Of a stretch of 19,651 bases of DNA, positions 1-8,593 are shown in pieces. A program made the translations under genes and the position numbers. Numbering within the stretch: the first letter of the stretch is position 1; each line of letters opens with the position of its first letter. Source of the stretch: a virus. Taxonomy: Duplodnaviria; Heunggongvirae; Uroviricota; Caudoviricetes. The stretch lies in the IMG/VR virus record IMGVR_UViG_2648501186_000006; one strand, written 5' to 3'. Below the pieces are notes generated by a model that saw only the letters and a list, made by a program, of their open reading frames with translations, did no database searches and was not told the DNA's origin.

Positions 1-306
1 GATGAACAATACCGTCATGCTTTTGAACTTGCCGATCAGCTTGGTTTAAAACATCCAGATTGTATCGAGCATGTATTTCCAACTTATGCTGATGAGCAAT
101 GTAATCAAGTGCTTATTGAAGAGGATTTTTTCAGCACTGAAGAACGAGAAAGCGTTGATCGCTGCATTGGTGTGATTTGTTCTTCGGTAAGTGATGATTT
201 ATTCCCTAATGTGCCGGAAGGTGGTGGTGTTGGATACCAATTCCTGTATGAAGGCGATGAGCTTAAATGTTATGAACATGGTCTTCTCATCGAAAGCGTA
301 GAATAA
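1..306 (+). CDS. 3' end of a gene that starts upstream of the window (hypothetical protein, partial)
   Basis: Frame 1 is open from base 1 to the TAA at 304-306; the listed 65-aa ORF (109..306) is only its tail. Product not recognised. Confidence 0.5.
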   Translation, partial: DEQYRHAFELADQLGLKHPDCIEHVFPTYADEQCNQVLIEEDFFSTEERESVDRCIGVICSSVSDDLFPNVPEGGGVGYQFLYEGDELKCYEHGLLIESVE

Positions 307-320
307 TACGGTTTCCTTCC

Positions 321-346
321 AACCGGCTTTGTTGGCCGGTTTATTC
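321..346 (+). terminator. Putative intrinsic terminator after the upstream gene
   Basis: Hairpin AACCGGC-tttgttg-GCCGGTT (321-341) followed by a T-rich tail (TTATT). Confidence 0.4.
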
Positions 347-349
347 AAC

Positions 350-358
350 TTATCCACA
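350..358 (+). promoter_or_regulatory. DnaA box (TTATCCACA) at the plasmid origin
   Basis: Exact match to the 9-mer DnaA box consensus TTATNCACA, placed just upstream of the GATC cluster and iterons as in P1 oriR-type origins. Confidence 0.5.
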
Positions 359-363
359 GCATA

Positions 364-420
364 GATCCAATAAACAGATCCCAAAGAGAACCTAGGAAGA
401 TCCAAAGAAGATCCCGGATC
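364..420. promoter_or_regulatory. Cluster of five GATC (Dam methylation) sites in AGATCC-type heptamer repeats, origin-like
   Basis: GATC at 364, 377, 399, 410 and 417 within 57 bp, mostly as AGATCCA/AGATCCC; a sixth at 454. P1 oriR has a comparable 5x GATC heptamer block (established knowledge). Confidence 0.55.
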
Positions 421-462
421 GCTGTAAGCCGCGCCGTTCATGGCCTAAAACGGGATCAACAT

Positions 463-561
463 TGACTATACGCGATTTTATGTTGACTGTGTGCGATTTT
501 ATGTTGACTGCACGCGATTTATTGTTGACTATACGCGACAGAAACATTGACTGTACGCGAT
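463..561 (+). repeat. Five direct origin iterons (incC-like), core TTGACT-RYRYGCGA(T)
   Basis: Copies start at 463, 483, 504, 524 and 547 (TTGACTATACGCGAT, TTGACTGTGTGCGAT, TTGACTGCACGCGAT, TTGACTATACGCGAC, TTGACTGTACGCGAT), spaced 20-23 bp, all in one orientation, immediately upstream of repA. Confidence 0.8.
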
Positions 562-640
562 TTTAGAGCCTGACTATTCACAGTTGTTGATAACTGCAAT
601 CCAGATGACGCCAGGCCGCGCCACATATGGAGAAATCACG

Positions 641-1525
641 ATGCCGGAAGAAAATAAAGGCTTCCTTAGCGTTGAAGAAGTTGCAGGAAATACAGGAGAA
701 ATCCACAGCCTGAAACCCAATAACAATAGCACTATACAACCCATCGCTTTGTTGCGCTTAGGTGTGTTTGTGCCAACCTTAAAATCTACCAATGTGGCAC
801 TACGTCGCGGATCGTCAGTTACTACAAACACAACGAACGCAACCGAAGAACTATCAAGCCTCAAAATTGTTGAGCAGGAAGGCTATGAGGGAATTGAAAT
901 TCATGGTCCACGCCTGGATATGGATACTGATTTTAAGGTGTGGGTGGGCATAACCTCCGCGTTGTTTGACTACGCACCTGATGATGACGGCATAATCACC
1001 CTGCCATTCTCCGAGTTTGCCGATCGATGCGGCTATCCACGTAAGCGCCTTTCAAAGGCGTTCCGTAAAAGTATTGATGACTCTCTGACACGCATTCAGC
1101 AGACAGTTGTCAAATTCCGCTTCCCGGCGGCAAAAGGTCATCTCAATAACATTAACGTCAACTTGTTGGCATATAGCAGCCTGAATACCGAGCTTGATGT
1201 TATCGAGATCCAGCCGCAGAAACAGCTATCTGAACTTTACTATGTTGACTATAAGCGAATCCTGAAGCTGAAGATGCTGGATAAGCTCGGGCGCAAAGAG
1301 ACAGCCAAGGTACTGTATACATTCTTTGAGGCTCTACCCGCCAACCCGGCACCTGTCAGCATTGAGCGCCTTAGAGCAAGGCTTAATCTCAAATCATCCG
1401 TTAGCGTGCAAAATAGCGTTATCAGAAAAGCCATGAAAGATTTGGAAGCTATTGAATATCTTAAATTTTCAGAGATAAAAAACGGCAGGAAAATCGGCTT
1501 CCAGATCCATAAGCGCAATCCATAA
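641..1525 (+). CDS. repA: Iteron-binding plasmid replication initiator RepA (P1 / RepFIB-like)
   Basis: ORF flanked by iteron arrays. Start chosen at ATG 641 with SD GGAG at 629-632; the track start at 584 lies inside the iteron/promoter region with no SD. Protein shows the family's LRLGVFVP and GPRLDMDTDFK motifs as I recall them. Confidence 0.85.
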   Translation: MPEENKGFLSVEEVAGNTGEIHSLKPNNNSTIQPIALLRLGVFVPTLKSTNVALRRGSSVTTNTTNATEELSSLKIVEQEGYEGIEIHGPRLDMDTDFKVWVGITSALFDYAPDDDGIITLPFSEFADRCGYPRKRLSKAFRKSIDDSLTRIQQTVVKFRFPAAKGHLNNINVNLLAYSSLNTELDVIEIQPQKQLSELYYVDYKRILKLKMLDKLGRKETAKVLYTFFEALPANPAPVSIERLRARLNLKSSVSVQNSVIRKAMKDLEAIEYLKFSEIKNGRKIGFQIHKRNP

Positions 1526-1527
1526 TA

Positions 1528-1782
1528 TTGACTATATGCGATAGCGAGAAGTTGACTATAGGCGACATTCGTTGACGCTGGTGGATTTTTGCTGGCGTCA
1601 ATATTCTGCAAGTCGCTATTGAGATGGCTTTTAGGGTCATTTCATCGCGTATAGTCAACGTTTCTCCCGACAATATCTTACATAGTCGATCTTTGGTGGA
1701 GTTAAATCGACTACAGTCAACTTTTGACTGTAGTCACATCGCGCATAGTCAACTATTCACATTAACCTTCGCGCATAGTCAA
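1528..1782. repeat. Control iteron array downstream of repA (incA-like), about 8 copies in both orientations
   Basis: Same core as the origin iterons: + copies at 1528 and 1552 (degenerate 1572) and 1724; - copies at 1644-1658, 1706-1720, 1738-1752 and 1768-1782. Mixed orientation and position after rep match the P1 incA copy-control locus. Confidence 0.75.
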
Positions 1783-1817
1783 CATTTGCGCGGTTCTCAT
1801 CAAGCAGTGGTATTGAT

Positions 1818-2627
1818 ATGCAAGAAGAGAAACAACACTACCTCTACGTTCTGGTGCCAGAGAACGGAGATACTTTTAAAATCGGCATTTCATGTGGTCC
1901 ATTGGCACGGTTTAAAGGGCTACAAGTGAATCCCGATTTTGCGCTTTCACGGGTCTATCGTGGTACGCGTTTGGCAATGGTTAATCTTGAGCGGGCTTTA
2001 CACGCAACCTTTTTCCCCTGGAATGCGCCGTGGGAGAAAAGCGCCGGTGGCGGGCATACTGAATGGTTTACACGAGAGTGTCTTGATAAGGTTTTGGCTC
2101 ATATCGAATATCTAAATGATATGTGGGGAGTGATTCTCGAGCGCATTAAGTCGAATGATTTACTTCAGCGTCCAGTAGATGCTGCTCGCTCTTTCGAAAA
2201 AGAGCTGGATGTTACTTCTATCGTGACTTTCAAAGATGACGCAGGAATGAGGGACGTGGCTTATGTCTCCATATCTGGCTATGAACTGGACGCGATCCGC
2301 GCTCAATGTGAATTGCTGAAAGCAATGTTTATGCTTCGGGCTAAATATCCCTGGGAGACAAGGCGGGTGTGCTTCCCTATGGAAGAGTTAACCGGCACCA
2401 TTGATTCCCAGCTTTACCACGATAATCCAGAGAAGTTTTTTAGCCTTTTAGCCGGTAATGGGCTTAACTGTGTGTCCGGGCTGGGGCGAAGTAGAATCCA
2501 ACATGCCTCGCTCTTCGGTCCCTTCTTTTACGATCGACACGGGTACTTTGAGACTGAACTTCCGGCGCTTACGCGTGCTATAGATACTATCGATTTCGAA
2601 CGATTATTCGCTGCTCTTAGCAAATAA
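1818..2627 (+). CDS. GIY-YIG-like (T5orf172-type) domain protein with an unrecognised C-terminal half
   Basis: N-terminus YLYVLVPENGDTFKIGIS...LARFKGLQ...LERALHATF...GGHTEWF fits the Y-x-Y-hh...KIG-x-S/T...R...L...E..LH..F...EWF pattern of the T5orf172 / GIY-YIG-like family. Weak SD. Sits between the control iterons and the parA operator. Confidence 0.55.
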   Translation: MQEEKQHYLYVLVPENGDTFKIGISCGPLARFKGLQVNPDFALSRVYRGTRLAMVNLERALHATFFPWNAPWEKSAGGGHTEWFTRECLDKVLAHIEYLNDMWGVILERIKSNDLLQRPVDAARSFEKELDVTSIVTFKDDAGMRDVAYVSISGYELDAIRAQCELLKAMFMLRAKYPWETRRVCFPMEELTGTIDSQLYHDNPEKFFSLLAGNGLNCVSGLGRSRIQHASLFGPFFYDRHGYFETELPALTRAIDTIDFERLFAALSK

Positions 2628-2634
2628 CACTGAT

Positions 2635-2656
2635 GCCCCTGAACGGGGCTTTTTTG
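2635..2656 (+). terminator. Rho-independent terminator
   Basis: GCCCC-tgaac-GGGGC stem-loop followed by TTTTTT, 8 bp after the stop of the 1818..2627 gene. Confidence 0.6.
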
Positions 2657-2744
2657 TGTCCTCCTTGTAACTCTCAATCGTGCAAAATGAACCAAACATG
2701 CAGAGAATGCTATGTACAAGCATCTGTGCATACATTATTATTTT

Positions 2745-2780
2745 ATGCAGCATTTTTAATTAAATTCAAAAATACAGCAT
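2745..2780 (+). promoter_or_regulatory. Imperfect inverted repeat upstream of parA, candidate par operator/promoter
   Basis: ATGCAGCATTTTTAATT / AAATTCAAAAATACAGCAT arms match at 13 of 17 positions, centred near 2762, in an AT-rich region directly upstream of parA. P1 ParA autoregulates through a large imperfect palindrome (established knowledge). Confidence 0.35.
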
Positions 2781-2795
2781 AAAGGATGACTTTCG

Positions 2796-3992
2796 ATGAG
2801 TGATTCCAGCCAGCTTCACAAGGTTGCTCAAAGAGCAAACAGAATGCTCAATGTTCTGACTGAACAAGTACAGTTGCAAAAGGATGAGCTACACGCGAAC
2901 GAGTTTTACCAGGTCTATGCGAAAGCGGCACTGGCAAAATTGCCTCTACTGACTCGAGCGAACGTTGACTATGCCGTAAGTGAAATGGAAGAAAAGGGTT
3001 ATGTTTTCGATAAACGCCCTGCTGGCTCTTCAATGAAATATGCGATGTCAATTCAGAACATCATTGACATATATGAACATCGCGGAGTGCCAAAATACCG
3101 GGATCGCTACAGCGAAGCGTATGTGATTTTCATCTCCAATCTTAAAGGCGGTGTGTCAAAAACTGTATCGACGGTTTCTCTGGCGCATGCAATGCGTGCC
3201 CACCCTCATCTTCTGATGGAAGATTTAAGGATTCTGGTTATTGACCTTGATCCGCAATCTTCAGCAACGATGTTTTTAAGCCATAAACACTCTATTGGTA
3301 TCGTAAACGCAACATCTGCACAGGCTATGTTGCAGAATGTAAGCCGTGAAGAGCTGTTAGAGGAGTTTATTGTTCCTTCTGTTGTACCTGGGGTTGACGT
3401 TATGCCTGCGTCGATTGACGATGCCTTTATTGCATCCGATTGGAGAGAGCTGTGCAATGAGCATCTACCGGGTCAGAACATCCATGCTGTCCTGAAAGAG
3501 AATGTGATTGATAAGCTGAAGAGCGATTATGACTTTATCCTCGTTGATAGTGGTCCTCACCTTGACGCCTTCCTGAAAAATGCTTTGGCCTCGGCCAATA
3601 TACTGTTTACACCTCTGCCGCCAGCAACTGTCGATTTCCACTCATCGCTTAAATACGTTGCCCGCCTTCCTGAGTTGGTGAAACTCATTTCGGATGAAGG
3701 CTGCGAGTGCCAGCTTGCGACTAACATTGGTTTTATGTCCAAGTTGAGTAACAAGGCAGATCATAAGTATTGCCATAGCCTGGCTAAAGAAGTGTTCGGT
3801 GGGGATATGCTCGATGTCGTCCTCCCTCGCCTTGACGGTTTTGAACGTTGCGGCGAGTCTTTTGACACTGTTATTTCAGCTAACCCGGCAACGTATGTTG
3901 GTAGTGCTGATGCATTGAAGAACGCGCGAATTGCCGCGGAAGATTTTGCTAAAGCAGTGTTTGACCGTATTGAATTTATCAGATCTAACTGA
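2796..3992 (+). CDS. parA: Type Ia partition ATPase ParA (P1-type, 398 aa with N-terminal DNA-binding extension)
   Basis: Deviant Walker A KGGVSKT at about residue 117 after a roughly 100-aa N-terminal extension, typical of large ParA. SD AAGGATGA. Followed within 16 bp by parB, then a P1-type parS. Confidence 0.93.
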   Translation: MSDSSQLHKVAQRANRMLNVLTEQVQLQKDELHANEFYQVYAKAALAKLPLLTRANVDYAVSEMEEKGYVFDKRPAGSSMKYAMSIQNIIDIYEHRGVPKYRDRYSEAYVIFISNLKGGVSKTVSTVSLAHAMRAHPHLLMEDLRILVIDLDPQSSATMFLSHKHSIGIVNATSAQAMLQNVSREELLEEFIVPSVVPGVDVMPASIDDAFIASDWRELCNEHLPGQNIHAVLKENVIDKLKSDYDFILVDSGPHLDAFLKNALASANILFTPLPPATVDFHSSLKYVARLPELVKLISDEGCECQLATNIGFMSKLSNKADHKYCHSLAKEVFGGDMLDVVLPRLDGFERCGESFDTVISANPATYVGSADALKNARIAAEDFAKAVFDRIEFIRSN

Positions 3993-4008
3993 GGAGTAAG
4001 AAACCCCC

Positions 4009-5010
4009 ATGTCAAAGAAAAACAGACCAACAATTGGGCGAACCCTTAATCCTTCAATATTAAGCGGATTTGATAGTTCTTCAGCCTCTGGCGATCGAGT
4101 CGAGCAGGTATTCAAGTTATCAACTGGTCGCCAGGCCACATTTATCGAGGAGGTAATTCCTCCGAACCAGGTAGAAAGCGATACCTTTGTTGATCAGCAT
4201 AACAACGGGCGTGACCAGGCATCTCTTACGCCAAAATCATTAAAAAGTATCCGAAGCACTATTAAGCATCAGCAATTTTACCCTGCAATAGGTGTTAGAC
4301 GGGCTACAGGGAAAATTGAAATTTTGGATGGTTCCCGGCGTCGAGCTTCTGCCATCTTAGAGAACGTAGGGTTGCGGGTTTTAGTCACGGACCAGGAGAT
4401 CAGCGTTCAGGAAGCGCAAAATTTAGCGAAAGACGTTCAGACAGCATTGCAGCACAGCATTCGAGAAATAGGTCTGCGTTTGATGCGAATGAAAAATGAT
4501 GGGATGAGTCAGAAGGATATTGCAGCCAAAGAAGGGCTATCTCAGGCGAAGGTCACGCGTGCTCTCCAGGCAGCGAGTGCTCCGGAAGAATTAGTCGCCC
4601 TTTTCCCTGTGCAGTCGGAATTAACCTTTTCGGACTACAAAACGCTTTGTGCTGTTGGCGACGAAATGGGGAACAAGAATTTAGAGTTTGATCAGCTTAT
4701 TCAAAATATATCCCCGGAAATAAACGACATCTTATCCATTGAAGAAATGGCCGAAGATGAAGTTAAAAATAAAATCCTGCGCTTGATAACAAAGGAAGCC
4801 TCACTACTCACGGATAAAGGTTCTAAAGATAAGTCCGTAGTTACTGAATTATGGAAATTTGAGGACAAGGATCGCTTTGCAAGGAAGCGCGTGAAAGGCC
4901 GTGCATTTTCTTATGAGTTTAATCGACTCTCAAAAGAGTTACAGGAAGAACTCGACAGGATGATTGGGCATATCCTTAGAAAGAGCCTCGATAAAAAGCC
5001 GAAGCCTTAA
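4009..5010 (+). CDS. parB: Partition centromere-binding protein ParB (P1-type, 333 aa)
   Basis: SD GAGGAG at 3991-3996, ATG at 4009. Immediately downstream of parA and upstream of the parS boxes, with a central HTH-like segment (MSQKDIAAKEGLSQAKVTRAL). Confidence 0.93.
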   Translation: MSKKNRPTIGRTLNPSILSGFDSSSASGDRVEQVFKLSTGRQATFIEEVIPPNQVESDTFVDQHNNGRDQASLTPKSLKSIRSTIKHQQFYPAIGVRRATGKIEILDGSRRRASAILENVGLRVLVTDQEISVQEAQNLAKDVQTALQHSIREIGLRLMRMKNDGMSQKDIAAKEGLSQAKVTRALQAASAPEELVALFPVQSELTFSDYKTLCAVGDEMGNKNLEFDQLIQNISPEINDILSIEEMAEDEVKNKILRLITKEASLLTDKGSKDKSVVTELWKFEDKDRFARKRVKGRAFSYEFNRLSKELQEELDRMIGHILRKSLDKKPKP

Positions 5011-5014
5011 ACTT

Positions 5015-5097
5015 TCGCCATTCAAATTTCACCATTAAATTACTGTTTTTAAAGTAAATCCTTCTAAAATTTCAAGGTGAAATCGCCACGATTTCAC
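5015..5097 (+). other. parS: Partition site parS (centromere): boxA heptamers and boxB hexamers around an AT-rich IHF-type bend
   Basis: BoxB TCGCCA at 5015-5020 and 5083-5088; boxA ATTTCAC at 5026-5032 and 5091-5097, ATTTCAA at 5069-5075, inverted GTGAAAT at 5077-5083; AT-rich spacer between the arms. Matches the published P1 parS architecture. Confidence 0.85.
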
Positions 5098-5147
5098 CTT
5101 GGATTTTACCTTTCTCCCCTCCTCCCGAAAAAAATTTCTTGTCACGA

Positions 5148-5168
5148 GAAAGTCAACAAGTGACTTTC
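5148..5168 (+). promoter_or_regulatory. Perfect 8-bp inverted repeat GAAAGTCA-acaag-TGACTTTC, candidate operator/promoter element for the capsid gene
   Basis: Seen directly, about 60 bp upstream of the capsid gene start and followed by an A/T-rich -10-like stretch (TTCAATAAAAT). Confidence 0.3.
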
Positions 5169-5227
5169 AATAAAATCTCTTCCGAAAAGGGATTCACACA
5201 AGTGCCTTGTGTTTAAGGAAGAGTAAA

Positions 5228-6934
5228 TTGAGTAACTTACGCGAATACCAGAATCGTATTGCAGATATCGCAAAACGCTCTAAAGCCGTTCTTGGCTGGG
5301 CAAGTACAGCACAGTTCGGTACTGATAACCAATTCATTAAAGATGATGCCGCGCGTGCCGCATCTATCCTTGAAGCTGCACGTAAAGACCCAATTTTTGC
5401 GGGTATCTCTGATAATGCCACCGCTCAAATTGCTACCGCGTGGGCAAGTGCACTGGCTGACTACGCCGCAGCACATAAATCTATGCCGCGTCCGGAAATT
5501 CTGGCCTCCTGCCATCAGACGCTGGAAAACTGCCTGATTGAGTCCACCCGCAATAGCATGGATGCCACTAATAAAGCGATGCTGGAATCCGTCGCAGCAG
5601 AGATGATGAGCGTTTCTGACGGTGTTATGCGTCTGCCTTTATTCCTCGCGATGATCCTGCCTGTTCAGTTGGGGGCAGCTACCGCTGATGCGTGTACCTT
5701 CATTCCGGTTACGCGTGACCAGTCCGACATCTATGAAGTCTTTAACGTGGCAGGTTCCTCTTTTGGTTCTTATGCTGCTGGTGATGTTCTGGACATGCAA
5801 TCCGTCGGTGTGTACAGCCAGTTACGCCGCCGCTATGTGCTGGTGGCAAGCTCCGATGGCACTAGCAAAACCGCAACCTTCAAGATGGAAGACTTCGAAG
5901 GCCAGAATGTACCAATCCGAAAAGGTCGCACTAACATCTACGTTAACCGTATTAAGTCTGTTGTTGATAACGGTTCCGGCAGCCTACTTCACTCGTTTAC
6001 TAATGCTGCTGGTGAGCAAATCACTGTTACCTGCTCTCTGAACTACAACATTGGTCAGATTGCCCTGTCGTTCTCCAAAGCGCCGGATAAAGGCACTGAG
6101 ATCGCAATTGAGACGGAAATCAATATTGAAGCCGCTCCTGAGCTGATCCCGCTGATCAACCACGAAATGAAGAAATACACCCTGTTCCCAAGCCAGTTCG
6201 TTATCGCGGCTGAGCACACGGTACAGGCGGCGTATGAAGCACAGCGTGAATTTGGTCTGGACCTGGGTTCCCTACAGTTCCGCACCCTGAAGGAATACCT
6301 GTCTCATGAACAGGATATGCTGCGTCTTCGCATCATGATCTGGCGTACTCTTGCGACCGACACCTTTGACATCGCTCTGCCGGTTAACCAGTCCTTTGAT
6401 GTATGGGCAACCATCATTCGTGGCAAATTCCAGACTGTATATCGCGACATTATTGAGCGCGTTAAATCTTCTGGTGCGATGGGGATGTTTGCTGGTGCTG
6501 ATGCAGCATCTTTCTTCAAACAGTTGCCGAAGGATTTCTTCCAGCCAGCCGAAGACTATATCCAGACTCCGTATGTTCACTACATCGGTACCCTGTTCGG
6601 TAACGTGAAAGTGTACGAAGTACCTGCTGGTATTTGTAAGAACTTAACGACAGAGAACATTCAGTTCAGCTCGATGGATGTGCTGTGCTACGTCCGTGAT
6701 GAAAATCCGGGTAAAGCAGGCTTCGTGACTGGTGATGCTGTCCCGGCCATCCCGTTCCAGCATCCAACCACTCCGGCGCTGGTCAACCGTACCACGCTGT
6801 GGGGTTCGGCTATCAACGATATGCACCCACGCAACGGCGCTGATTACTTCACTCGTGTAACGCTGACAATGGCCAAAAAAGGCGGGCTTAACTTCATAAG
6901 CGGCGACACGATTGATGCCGGTGACTCTGAGTAA
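5228..6934 (+). CDS. Putative major head (capsid) protein precursor with an N-terminal helical delta-like region
   Basis: 568-aa ORF directly after parS, in the position of P1 gene 23. No in-frame ATG for about 90 codons, so start assigned to TTG 5228 with SD AAGGAAGAG at 5215-5223 (track start is TTG 5207). Ala-rich helical N-terminus consistent with a processed capsid precursor. Confidence 0.5.
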   Translation: MSNLREYQNRIADIAKRSKAVLGWASTAQFGTDNQFIKDDAARAASILEAARKDPIFAGISDNATAQIATAWASALADYAAAHKSMPRPEILASCHQTLENCLIESTRNSMDATNKAMLESVAAEMMSVSDGVMRLPLFLAMILPVQLGAATADACTFIPVTRDQSDIYEVFNVAGSSFGSYAAGDVLDMQSVGVYSQLRRRYVLVASSDGTSKTATFKMEDFEGQNVPIRKGRTNIYVNRIKSVVDNGSGSLLHSFTNAAGEQITVTCSLNYNIGQIALSFSKAPDKGTEIAIETEINIEAAPELIPLINHEMKKYTLFPSQFVIAAEHTVQAAYEAQREFGLDLGSLQFRTLKEYLSHEQDMLRLRIMIWRTLATDTFDIALPVNQSFDVWATIIRGKFQTVYRDIIERVKSSGAMGMFAGADAASFFKQLPKDFFQPAEDYIQTPYVHYIGTLFGNVKVYEVPAGICKNLTTENIQFSSMDVLCYVRDENPGKAGFVTGDAVPAIPFQHPTTPALVNRTTLWGSAINDMHPRNGADYFTRVTLTMAKKGGLNFISGDTIDAGDSE

Positions 6935-6960
6935 TCAGGGGAAGTTCTCCGTTTAACATA

Positions 6961-6979
6961 GCGCCCCCGTGCGGGGCGC
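6961..6979 (+). promoter_or_regulatory. GC-rich stem-loop between capsid and sheath genes (no U-tract)
   Basis: GCGCCCC-cgtgc-GGGGCGC, 7-bp all-GC stem; followed by ATAACAGGG rather than a T-run, so more likely a processing or stability element than a terminator. Confidence 0.3.
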
Positions 6980-6994
6980 ATAACAGGGAAAGTT

Positions 6995-8584
6995 ATGTCT
7001 CAATATTCAATTCAACAGTCATTAGGTAATGCATCCGGCGTCGCGGTTAGCCCGATCAATGCCGATGCGACGTTATCTACCGGTGTTGCATTAAATAGCA
7101 GCTTGTGGGCTGGTATTGGCGTATTTGCGCGTGGCAAGCCGTTTACTGTTCTGGCGGTTACTGAGTCCAATTACGAAGATGTTCTCGGCGAACCGCTGAA
7201 GCCGTCTTCCGGCTCACAGTTCGAACCAATTCGTCATGTGTACGAAGCTATTCAGCAAACGTCTGGTTATGTTGTTCGTGCTGTTCCGGATGATGCGAAG
7301 TTCCCGATTATTATGTTCGATGAATCAGGCGAACCGGCTTACAGTGCGTTGCCATACGGTTCTGAAATTGAACTTGATAGCGGCGAAGCCTTTGCTATCT
7401 ACGTTGATGATGGTGATCCGTGTATTTCACCTACCCGTGAGTTAACCATCGAAACGGCAACAGCGGACAGCGCAGGTAATGAACGCTTCCTCTTAAAACT
7501 GACCCAGACGACTTCGCTCGGTGTGGTAACGACCCTGGAGACACACACTGTGTCTTTGGCGGAAGAAGCGAAAGATGACATGGGCCGCTTGTGTTATCTG
7601 CCTACGGCTCTGGAAGCCCGTTCTAAATATCTGCGCGCGGTTGTTAATGAAGAGCTGATTTCGACGGCGAAAGTAACAAATAAAAAATCGCTGGCGTTCA
7701 CTGGTGGTACCAACGGTGATCAGTCGAAAATCTCAACCGCTGCGTACCTGCGTGCGGTGAAAGTGCTGAACAATGCGCCGTACATGTACACCGCTGTTCT
7801 TGGCCTGGGTTGCTATGACAATGCGGCGATCACTGCGTTAGGTAATATCTGTTCTGATCGCTTGATTGATGGCTTCTTTGATGTCAAACCGACATTGACG
7901 TACACGGAAGCGATCTCTGCTGTTGAAGATACCGGTTTACTTGGTACCGATTATGTAAGCTGTGCTGTCTATCATTTCCCGTTCTCCTGCAAAGACAAAT
8001 GGACCCAATCCCGCGTGGTCTTCGGTCTGTCTGGCGCGGCGTATGCGGCGAAAGCTCGTGGCGTCAAGAAAAACTCCGATGTCGGCGGTTGGCATTACTC
8101 ACCGGCTGGTGAAGAACGTGCCGTCATTGCTCGTGCATCACTTCAACCGCTGTATCCGGAAGACACCCCGGACGAAGAAGCTATGGTCAAGGGCCGACTC
8201 AATAAAGTATCTGTAGGTACTTCGGGCCAGATGATCATCGATGATGCTTTAACTTGCTGCACGCAGGACAACTATCTGCATTTCCAGCACGTCCCATCCC
8301 TGATGAACGCAATCAGCCGTTTCTTTGTCCAGTTAGCCCGACAGATGAAGCATAACCCGGACGGCATTACTGAGTCTGGCCTGACTAAAGGGATGACCAA
8401 ACTTTTGGATCGCTTTGTCGCCTCCGGCGCTCTGGTGGCTCCTCGTGATCCTGATGCTGACGGTACAGAACCGTATGTGCTGAAAGTTACGCAGGCGGAA
8501 TTCGATAAATGGGAAGTAGTCTGGGCCTGCTGCCCGACTGGCGTAGCCCGTCGTATCCAGGGCGTGCCGCTGCTTATTAAGTAA
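6995..8584 (+). CDS. Putative contractile-tail sheath protein
   Basis: 529-aa ORF with SD GGGAAAG, in the position of P1 gene 22; size and position fit a myovirus sheath. Assigned by context, not by motif. Confidence 0.45.
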   Translation: MSQYSIQQSLGNASGVAVSPINADATLSTGVALNSSLWAGIGVFARGKPFTVLAVTESNYEDVLGEPLKPSSGSQFEPIRHVYEAIQQTSGYVVRAVPDDAKFPIIMFDESGEPAYSALPYGSEIELDSGEAFAIYVDDGDPCISPTRELTIETATADSAGNERFLLKLTQTTSLGVVTTLETHTVSLAEEAKDDMGRLCYLPTALEARSKYLRAVVNEELISTAKVTNKKSLAFTGGTNGDQSKISTAAYLRAVKVLNNAPYMYTAVLGLGCYDNAAITALGNICSDRLIDGFFDVKPTLTYTEAISAVEDTGLLGTDYVSCAVYHFPFSCKDKWTQSRVVFGLSGAAYAAKARGVKKNSDVGGWHYSPAGEERAVIARASLQPLYPEDTPDEEAMVKGRLNKVSVGTSGQMIIDDALTCCTQDNYLHFQHVPSLMNAISRFFVQLARQMKHNPDGITESGLTKGMTKLLDRFVASGALVAPRDPDADGTEPYVLKVTQAEFDKWEVVWACCPTGVARRIQGVPLLIK

Positions 8585-8593
8585 GGGAATACA

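Noticed and set aside
584-640. Upstream start of the repA ORF at 584 (MLITAIQMTPG...)
   Set aside because: No SD and it overlaps the promoter/iteron region; ATG 641 has a GGAG SD at proper spacing.
463-1782. Two arrays of short repeats that could superficially resemble a CRISPR array
   Set aside because: Repeats are about 15 bp, spaced about 21 bp with no unique spacers of uniform length, occur in both orientations and flank a rep gene; these are replication iterons, not CRISPR repeats.
1624-1929. 101-aa + strand ORF spanning the control iterons
   Set aside because: Lies across the iteron array and overlaps the start of the 1818..2627 gene in another frame; repeats generate spurious open frames.
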